A stretch of DNA of 64,000 nucleotides, from contig DATJHN010000201.1 of the NCBI GenBank assembly GCA_035493915.1, positions 325 to 64,324 of the forward strand, read 5' to 3'. A program made the translations under genes and the position numbers. The stretch is from Bordetella sp. Lineage in GTDB: Bacteria; Pseudomonadota; Gammaproteobacteria; Burkholderiales; Burkholderiaceae_B. Positions 57,519 to 64,000 of the stretch are shown here, in pieces. Every line of letters starts with the position of its first letter. The stretch's first letter is position 1. A model generated the notes under the pieces. The model was not told the DNA's origin. It did not search any database and saw nothing but the letters and a program-made list of their open reading frames with translations.

Positions 57519-59192
57519 CTAGACCCGGCTCGCAAGGGCCGCTTGCAGGATCGACCCCAGGTCTTCCACCCGATACGGTTTCGGCAATAGCGGAATGCCA
57601 TCGTTTTCCGCGGCCCGTGCTTCCTCGCCGATATAGCCGGTGGTCAACACGATGGGCAGGTGAATGCGACGAGCCCGGATCTCGCGCGCGAGCTGCAAGC
57701 CGCTCATGCCCCCAGGCATCATGATGTCCGAGAACACCAGGTCTATGGGCCGCCCATCCGCCAGCGCGCCCAGCGCGGCAGCCGGACTGGCCACCCTGGT
57801 CGCGTCGAAGCCCAGTTGGCCCATCATCTCGCCGACAAGCGCGGCGACTTCATCGTCGTCCTCGACCAAAAGCACATGGGCCGAGGCAGCGGCCGCTGCG
57901 AAAGCGTCGCCAACCATCGGCGCTGCTTTCGGCACCGGCTTCGTGGAGCGGGGTAGTGTCAGCCGTACCGTGGTCCCCTTGCCAAGTTCGCTGAATATCT
58001 GCACGCCGCCGCCCGATTGCTTGGCAAAACCGTAAGCCTGCGCCAGTCCCAGACCGGAACCCTTGCCCACTTCCTTGGTAGTGAAGAATGGTTCGAATAC
58101 CCGCGCCTTTACTTCCTCCGTCATCCCCGTGCCGGAATCGACGACCGACAGGCCGACGAAATCGCCCTGCAAGTCTCCTTCACGAAGGTCCGGGATGTTT
58201 TCAGCGCGGATCTCGATGGTCCCGCCAGCCGGCATCGCGTCGCGCGCATTGACCGCCAGGTTCAGCAGCACCAGTTCCAGCTCACCCGGATCCACCTCAA
58301 CGGTCCATATATCGTCCGGCAAGCGCAATACGACCTTGATGTCGCCGCGCAGGCTGCGATCCAGCATCTCGCGCATACCGTAGATCTGCCGCGACAGATT
58401 GACGGCTTCGGACTGCAGGGGTTGGCGCCGCGAGAAAGCCAGCAGTTGCCGGGTCAGGCCCGAACCACGTTCAACCGCCTGCCGCATTGCCGCCATCAGG
58501 CGCTGGCGGCGGGCGGGATCGGGCTGCCGATCGAATACCTGCAGTCCTCCGGAGATGACCATGAGAAGGTTGTTGAAGTCATGCGCGACGCCGCCGGTAA
58601 GCTGGCCCAGCGCCTCCATTTTCTGGGCATGGCGCAAGGTTTGCTCGACGATGGCCCGTTCCTTCATCTGGTTGCGCAGTTCGACATTGGCCTGTTCCAA
58701 CTGCCGCGTCCGGGCGCGCACGGTATCTTCAAGCAGCGCGGCATTCTCCTGCTGTGCGAAGAGCAGGGCGCGCAGCTCATATTGCCGCATACGGGCACGG
58801 ACGGCGCTATGAACGGTGCTGGTCAGCGTAATGCCTTGCACCGGCCTTTCGAGCAGGGACACATTGCGCAGTTCGGCCACCATTCTTTGCCGCCATGCAA
58901 CCACCGCGGCCTGCTGCAGGCGGCTCGTCAGTACCACGAAGGGCACATCGGACCATGCGGGCTGCCGGGCGACCCAATCGGCCATGGCTGTCAGGTTCTT
59001 GCCGAATAGCGCCTCTTCCGTTACGCACAGCGCAGCCACGCCGTAGTCCGCGCGAATCAGAAGTTCGTCCATGCCGGCGCAGGCTTCGACATCCAGGCCG
59101 GATCGGCGCAACAGGGCGGCGGAAGCCGGGCCGTCACGGCCTATGGGCGCATAGACCAGAACGCGCGCCTCGCGTTCGTCAAGCAAGGCCAT
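57519..59192 (-). CDS. Cytoplasmic hybrid sensor histidine kinase/response regulator
   Basis: H-box AHDFNNLL, N-box [30 protein letters not shown]-terminal receiver (VEDD, SDIMMPG, KP); N-terminal receiver-like domain; no TM. Confidence 0.93.
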   Translation of the reverse strand: MALLDEREARVLVYAPIGRDGPASAALLRRSGLDVEACAGMDELLIRADYGVAALCVTEEALFGKNLTAMADWVARQPAWSDVPFVVLTSRLQQAAVVAWRQRMVAELRNVSLLERPVQGITLTSTVHSAVRARMRQYELRALLFAQQENAALLEDTVRARTRQLEQANVELRNQMKERAIVEQTLRHAQKMEALGQLTGGVAHDFNNLLMVISGGLQVFDRQPDPARRQRLMAAMRQAVERGSGLTRQLLAFSRRQPLQSEAVNLSRQIYGMREMLDRSLRGDIKVVLRLPDDIWTVEVDPGELELVLLNLAVNARDAMPAGGTIEIRAENIPDLREGDLQGDFVGLSVVDSGTGMTEEVKARVFEPFFTTKEVGKGSGLGLAQAYGFAKQSGGGVQIFSELGKGTTVRLTLPRSTKPVPKAAPMVGDAFAAAAASAHVLLVEDDDEVAALVGEMMGQLGFDATRVASPAAALGALADGRPIDLVFSDIMMPGGMSGLQLAREIRARRIHLPIVLTTGYIGEEARAAENDGIPLLPKPYRVEDLGSILQAALASRV

Positions 59193-60705
59193 TGTCGCCG
59201 CTCGACACAAGGGGCAGGTCGTCGCCGGTATAGCGAGGCGTTCCCGCGAAGACGCCGCTGAATTCGGTCAACGGCGGACCCACCTGGATACCTTGCGAGG
59301 AAAGGCGGAATTCGCGGATGGTCTGCTCGTGCGGTCCACTGCGTTTTTTTACGACGGACAACGCGCGCCGGACGGTACCTCCGTATTCGAAATAGCGAAG
59401 CATAAGAACGGCATCGCTCAGATAGCTGATGTCCAGCGGCGTGTCGGTTGGACCCACCAGGCCATGTTGCGCCAGGACCAAAATCGCGTTCACGCCTTGC
59501 TGCCCAAGATAAGTCAGCAGCTCGTGCATCTGCAGTATCAGGAAGCGGCCGTCCGGCATCGCGTTCAGATAGCCGTTCAGGCTATCGATCACGATAATGC
59601 GCGCACCATCGACGTCGACGCTGCGCCTTACGATCGCGGCGAACTCACCGGGAGAAAGCTCGGCCGGATCGATCTGCTGGATTTTCAGCAGTCCTCCATC
59701 CAGCGCGGCCCTGATAGGCAGGCCCAGGCTGCTCGCGCGTGCCTCCAGCGTGCCGCGGCCCTCGTCGAAGGCAAAGACAACGGCATGCTCATTACGGTTG
59801 ACCGCCGCGATAGCGTAGGTGAGCGCGATGGAGGATTTCCCAACCCCGGCCGCGCCGATCAGCAAGGCATTCGTGCCGCGTTCGAGTCCGCCGCCCAGCA
59901 ACTTATCAAGCCGGAAGTTGCCGCTGGATATCAGTTCCTTTGAAAACGCCTTGTGGTGCTCGGCGGCCACAAGCCGCGGATAGACTTCGAGGCCGCCTTC
60001 CTTGATTGTGAAATCGTGATAGCCGCCACGAAAATCGATACCCCTCATTTTGACCACTCGCAGGCGGCGGCGCTGGGCCCCATAGTCGATCGCAAGCTGC
60101 TCAAGCGATACGACGCCATGCGAAATGGAATGGAGCTGTAAATCGATGTCTTCCGATGACAGGTCATCCAGCAGGACCACGGTGCATCGCCGGCTGGCAA
60201 AGAAGTGCTTGAGCGCCAGTACCTGCCTGCGGTAGCGCAGGGGAGTTTGCGCCAACATCCGCAGTTCGGAAAGGCTATCAAGGACTACCCGGGAAGGATT
60301 GATGGCTTCCACTTGGTCGAGTATGAGCTTGGTCGTCTCATTCAGCTCTATCTCCGCCGGGTGCAGGACCGTCAGTTCCCGCTCCGGGTCCAGCGTAGCT
60401 TCCGGGGGGACCAGTTCGAAGATATCGATGCCGCTCAGGTTCCACCCGTGGCGCTTCGCCACCAGGCGCAGTTCCTGGCGCGTTTCGGATAGTGCGATGT
60501 AAAGCACGCGCTCGCCTTGCCGTACGCCTTCCAGCAGGAACTGCATGGCAATGGTGGTCTTGCCAGTGCCGGGATGTCCCTCGTACAGGTACATCCGGTC
60601 CCGATCCAGCCCGCCGCCAAGAATATCGTCGAGCCCTTCGCTCCCTGTCGAAATACGCGGCAGCTCTTCATTTTCGAGTGCGTTCTCGTGAACACTGTCA
60701 CCCAT
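59179..60705 (-). CDS. kaiC: KaiC-like double-domain RecA-superfamily ATPase
   Basis: Two domains: STG..GLD..LGGG/GHPGTGKT/KMRG and SSG..LD.LLGGG/GAAGVGKS/KKRSG; ISYLSD at the phosphosite loop. Confidence 0.85.
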   Translation of the reverse strand: MGDSVHENALENEELPRISTGSEGLDDILGGGLDRDRMYLYEGHPGTGKTTIAMQFLLEGVRQGERVLYIALSETRQELRLVAKRHGWNLSGIDIFELVPPEATLDPERELTVLHPAEIELNETTKLILDQVEAINPSRVVLDSLSELRMLAQTPLRYRRQVLALKHFFASRRCTVVLLDDLSSEDIDLQLHSISHGVVSLEQLAIDYGAQRRRLRVVKMRGIDFRGGYHDFTIKEGGLEVYPRLVAAEHHKAFSKELISSGNFRLDKLLGGGLERGTNALLIGAAGVGKSSIALTYAIAAVNRNEHAVVFAFDEGRGTLEARASSLGLPIRAALDGGLLKIQQIDPAELSPGEFAAIVRRSVDVDGARIIVIDSLNGYLNAMPDGRFLILQMHELLTYLGQQGVNAILVLAQHGLVGPTDTPLDISYLSDAVLMLRYFEYGGTVRRALSVVKKRSGPHEQTIREFRLSSQGIQVGPPLTEFSGVFAGTPRYTGDDLPLVSSGDNGLA

Positions 60706-60812
60706 AGCGTGTCCTTCTTCGGCTTCAGTGATTTAAGGGTACCTCAAACCCCGAAGCCGCACGAACCGCGTGGCGAGTGCCATCGCACTGGATTGGTGCG
60801 CTGCCGCAATAG

Positions 60813-61949
60813 TTATTTACGCGCCAGAGCGCTGTCACGTTTCCATTGTGCTTCGTCCATTACCAATCGAAACCCCAGGTGAGACATGCTGTTGTAGGGG
60901 TCGGTACCGCGCCGGGCGCTGGGGCGATAGCTCAGGCAATAGTTCTCGTCGCACAGGAACGAGCCGCCGCGCGTCACGCGTTTCGGCGCGGTGGCGGGGA
61001 CGCCCGCGTCGTAGGGGTCGTAGCTGTCGGACGGTCCGAGCGGATTCACCACGGTTTTGCCGGTGGCCGCCTCGCGCTTGAATTCGTCGAAACGGTACCA
61101 GTCGGCAACCCATTGCCACGCATTGCCCGTCATGTCCGATAAGCCATAGCCGTTGGGGGGAAACGTTCCCACGGGACTGGTGCCCGGCGACGTTCGCGAC
61201 TTGGCATCGACCACGGGAAAGGGCCGTTGCTGCTGGCCGCTCCACACGTTGGCCATCTGCTGGCCGGACGGCGCGAATTCGTCGCCCCATGCGTAGGTCG
61301 CCTGTTCCAGTCCGCCGCGCGCGGCGAATTCCCATTCGGCCTCGGTGGGCAGCCGCTTGTGCGCCCATTTCGCATAAGCCTGCGCATCTTCGTAGGAGAC
61401 CTGCACGACGGGATGGTCGTCCTTGCCGTCGATATTGCTGGCGGGCCCCAACGGGTGCCGCCAATCCGCGCCCGGCACATAGCGCCACCAGCGGCCGACG
61501 TTGTCCAGCGCGACAGGACCGGCGGTTCCCACGAATACCATCGCCCCGGGCACCAATGCGGAGTCAGGCGGTTTGCGCGTTCCCGGCGGCAGCTGCACCC
61601 GCAGGGTCTCCCAGTCGGGCTTGCGTTCCGCGGTGGTCACATAGCCGGTCGCTTCCACGAATTTGCGGAACTGGGCGTTGGTGACGTGGTGCTGGTCGAT
61701 CCAGTACCCGCCCACCTTGACCGGATGCGCGGGCCGTTCGTTCGGCTGCGCCGGCCGCGCGTCGCTACCCATCAGGAACGTGCCGCCCGGCACCCAGACC
61801 ATGCCGGCGGGGCCTTTGACGCCGTCGCCGGCAAGTATCGTCGGCGGTGCCGGTGTTTTCGATAACCGCAGGGCGCCGACGATAGCGCCGACGCCGATCA
61901 GGGCGGCCAATGCAAGCGCCAGGTGGCGCCGTTTATAAAGAACCTTCAT
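60813..61949 (-). CDS. Formylglycine-generating enzyme (SUMF1/FGE family), membrane-anchored
   Basis: FLMGSD, HPVVQVS, RLPTEAEWE, RGGSFLCDENYC..YRPSAR, GFRL. Confidence 0.93.
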   Translation of the reverse strand: MKVLYKRRHLALALAALIGVGAIVGALRLSKTPAPPTILAGDGVKGPAGMVWVPGGTFLMGSDARPAQPNERPAHPVKVGGYWIDQHHVTNAQFRKFVEATGYVTTAERKPDWETLRVQLPPGTRKPPDSALVPGAMVFVGTAGPVALDNVGRWWRYVPGADWRHPLGPASNIDGKDDHPVVQVSYEDAQAYAKWAHKRLPTEAEWEFAARGGLEQATYAWGDEFAPSGQQMANVWSGQQQRPFPVVDAKSRTSPGTSPVGTFPPNGYGLSDMTGNAWQWVADWYRFDEFKREAATGKTVVNPLGPSDSYDPYDAGVPATAPKRVTRGGSFLCDENYCLSYRPSARRGTDPYNSMSHLGFRLVMDEAQWKRDSALARK

Positions 61950-62005
61950 GGATAGGCCTCCACGTGGAGCGCGGGCCGGGGAGTGGGCCTGCCGGCCCGT
62001 TCTCG

Positions 62006-63670
62006 CTATCGGCCCACATTCGATTCAATGGCTTTCTCGACCTGTTCCTTGACGGCCTCCAGGTTGAAGCTCGCGCCGCGTTGCATGGGCGGAAACTCGA
62101 TAGCCGTCTCGGCCAACTTCCCGATCTCCTTCTGCACGAACTGGAAGCGCCAGAATTCATAAATGAACCAGCTATAGAAATGCAGCGACCCATTCGCCCC
62201 GGCTGGGATACCGGTGCGTTCGAAGGGATCCAGCCGCAGATTGGTCAGAATAGGCCAGTCGACCTTTACCGTCCCGCCCAGCCATCCCTGCGGCTGGTCC
62301 GTGAAGCGATATTTGTAGTCGTCGATGCGTACCGCGGCCAAGGTACTTTCCGTGAAGTAGACGACCTCGTGCCGTGCCGACGGCCCCTTGCCGGTGATCA
62401 GCGCGGTCTGGTCATAGCCATCCAGATGGACCTTGTAGGTCCTGTCGCCCATCTGCTTACCCTTTTTCAACTCATCGATGATGTTGGGATTGCCCGCTGC
62501 CGTTACGAAAGTCGGGAACCAGTCCATCCCGGACATGATGCCGTTCTCCACCTTGCCCGCCGGCACTTTGCCCGGCCAGCGCAAGATCGCCGGCACGCGG
62601 AAACCGCCTTCCAGCGCGGTGCCCTTGCCGCCCGCGAAGGGAGTCTGGCCGCCGTCCGGCCACGTGAAGTTCTCGGCGCCGTTGTCGGTGGAGAAGACGA
62701 CAATGGTGTTGTCGTCCACGCCCATGTCCTTCAGCTTCTTCATCACCAGGCCGATATCGTCGTCCAGCTGCGCCATGCCGGCTTCCGAAACGGACCAGCC
62801 GTTTTCGGAGTTGCGCCGCGATTCATATTCCTTGGAAAGGTGGGTCACGACGTGCATGCGCGTGGGGTTGAGCCACAGGAAGAACGGCTTGCCGTCGTTA
62901 TGCGCCTTTTCGATAAAGGCCAGCGCCTTGTCGCGGATTTCGTTGTCGACGGTTTTCATCCGCTCGGGATAGAGCGTCCCGGCATCCTCGATTTTCTGCT
63001 TGCCGATTTTTCCCCAGCGCGGCTGGACCGTTGGGTCGTCGGTGGTGGTGGCCCAGGTGTGCAGCATATTGCGGGGCCCGACCGTATCCTTCAGGTTCTG
63101 CGGATAGTTCGGATGCGAGGGGTCTTCCATCGCGTCCAGGTGATACAGGTAGCCGAAGAACTCGTCAAAGCCATGCACGGTCGGCAGGAATCGATTCAGG
63201 TCGCCCAGATGGTTCTTGCCGAATTGCCCAGTGGCGTAGCCCATGGCCTTCAGCGCGGTGGCGATGGTCGGTGCTTCATCGGGCATGCCTATCTCCGAGC
63301 CAGGCTGGCCGACGGTGGTCAGGCCGGTACGGATGGGCAGCTCGCCCGTAATGAAATTGGCACGTCCCGCCGTGCAGCTGGCTTCGGCGTAGTAGTCGGT
63401 AAAGCGCATGCCTTCGGCCGCGATCTTGTCCAGATTGGGCGTCCTGCTGGCCATGATGCCCTGGTGATAGGCGCCGACGTTGAACCAGCCGATATCGTCG
63501 CCCATGATGTAGACGATATTGGGTGGCTTGGCGGTGGTCTGGGTCTGAGTTTGAGTCTGACCCTGGGGCTGACCCTGGGGCTGGGCCTGGGACTGGGCGA
63601 GCCCTGGTGTTGCAGTCGCCCAGAGCAGGGCGGTCGAGGCCAACAGGCCTGATAAGAATCGTTCCTTCAT
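62006..63670 (-). CDS. Exported Cys-type arylsulfatase
   Basis: Signal peptide, KPPNI..MGDD, SCTAGRANFITG (CxAxR), GKNHLG, TDNG, EGGFRVP. Confidence 0.93.
   Translation of the reverse strand: MKERFLSGLLASTALLWATATPGLAQSQAQPQGQPQGQTQTQTQTTAKPPNIVYIMGDDIGWFNVGAYHQGIMASRTPNLDKIAAEGMRFTDYYAEASCTAGRANFITGELPIRTGLTTVGQPGSEIGMPDEAPTIATALKAMGYATGQFGKNHLGDLNRFLPTVHGFDEFFGYLYHLDAMEDPSHPNYPQNLKDTVGPRNMLHTWATTTDDPTVQPRWGKIGKQKIEDAGTLYPERMKTVDNEIRDKALAFIEKAHNDGKPFFLWLNPTRMHVVTHLSKEYESRRNSENGWSVSEAGMAQLDDDIGLVMKKLKDMGVDDNTIVVFSTDNGAENFTWPDGGQTPFAGGKGTALEGGFRVPAILRWPGKVPAGKVENGIMSGMDWFPTFVTAAGNPNIIDELKKGKQMGDRTYKVHLDGYDQTALITGKGPSARHEVVYFTESTLAAVRIDDYKYRFTDQPQGWLGGTVKVDWPILTNLRLDPFERTGIPAGANGSLHFYSWFIYEFWRFQFVQKEIGKLAETAIEFPPMQRGASFNLEAVKEQVEKAIESNVGR
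63538..63597 (-). repeat. In-frame low-complexity repeat encoding a Gln-x run in the sulfatase N-terminus
   Basis: QSQAQPQGQPQGQTQTQTQT; includes the 12-bp tandem ctgaccctgggg x2. Confidence 0.7.
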
Positions 63671-64000
63671 TTCAACGCTCCTCGACTGGCTTTCAGTTGG
63701 ATGAGGCCGAATCGGACGCGCTGTGTAGACCCGTCGATCCTGCTTCCGAAGCAACAGCGTCTGGGTGGTGCGGGTGTTCGCAAGCGGAATGAAGGAGCGG
63801 TCGCGAAAGGGTGGACCGCCGAGCGGCACCATCAAGCGCCGCTGAGGTGCCAAGCTTAGGCAAGCTCTAGTTGAATTCCCAATCTCGTTAACCCGGACGT
63901 AATCCGAACGTGCATCGCCGAAACTGCTACGCGGCGATCGCGTGCCGAAATGTTGTGGACCATATCCGAGGTTTAGCGGTTCTGGCGGCGCGTTGCATGT

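Noticed and set aside
59179-60705. True circadian clock locus
   Set aside because: No kaiA or kaiB in the window and non-canonical phosphosites; kept only as a KaiC-like signalling ATPase
63838-63853. Sigma-54 promoter upstream of the sulfatase (minus strand TGGCAC-N5-CGGC)
   Set aside because: The -12 element lacks TTGC
1-64000. Prophage, IS element, integron, tRNA or rRNA
   Set aside because: No integrase, transposase or phage protein motifs and no RNA gene signatures recognised by eye

Overview
GC-rich betaproteobacterial chromosome segment. Alcaligenaceae (Bordetella/Achromobacter-like) is inferred from four Bug/TctC paralogues and five LysR regulators. I annotate 54 CDSs, mostly small regulator-linked catabolic and uptake modules: (1) IclR/MFS/AllA-like/PuuE-like/exported esterase; (2) ZntB-like transporter convergent with a Pho-box-preceded ppk2-pit operon; (3) an SGNH-like + MBOAT acyltransferase pair; (4) enolase-superfamily dehydratase/maleylacetate-reductase-like/TRAP/2-hydroxyacid dehydrogenase; (5) hydantoinase-oxoprolinase A/B + RidA + LysR + Bug; (6) a decayed TauD fragment; (7) an orphan MotA/MotB pair followed by a probable outer-membrane protein and two SxxK serine hydrolases; (8) deacetylase/Bug/persulfide dioxygenase; (9) CoA-transferase/citryl-CoA-lyase-like/Bug; (10) ALDH/OYE/two MmgE-PrpD/TcuA-like/Bug; (11) Liv-type ABC transporter + GAF protein; (12) a KaiC-like ATPase overlapping a cytoplasmic hybrid kinase; (13) arylsulfatase + FGE. 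No rRNA, tRNA, CRISPR, integrase or transposase was recognised. The best candidates for an undescribed system are the orphan stator/OM protein/serine-hydrolase cluster, the KaiC-kinase module without KaiB, and two small regulons suggested by duplicated operator-like motifs. All product calls come from motif recognition by eye, not database searches, and several starts were re-picked manually.
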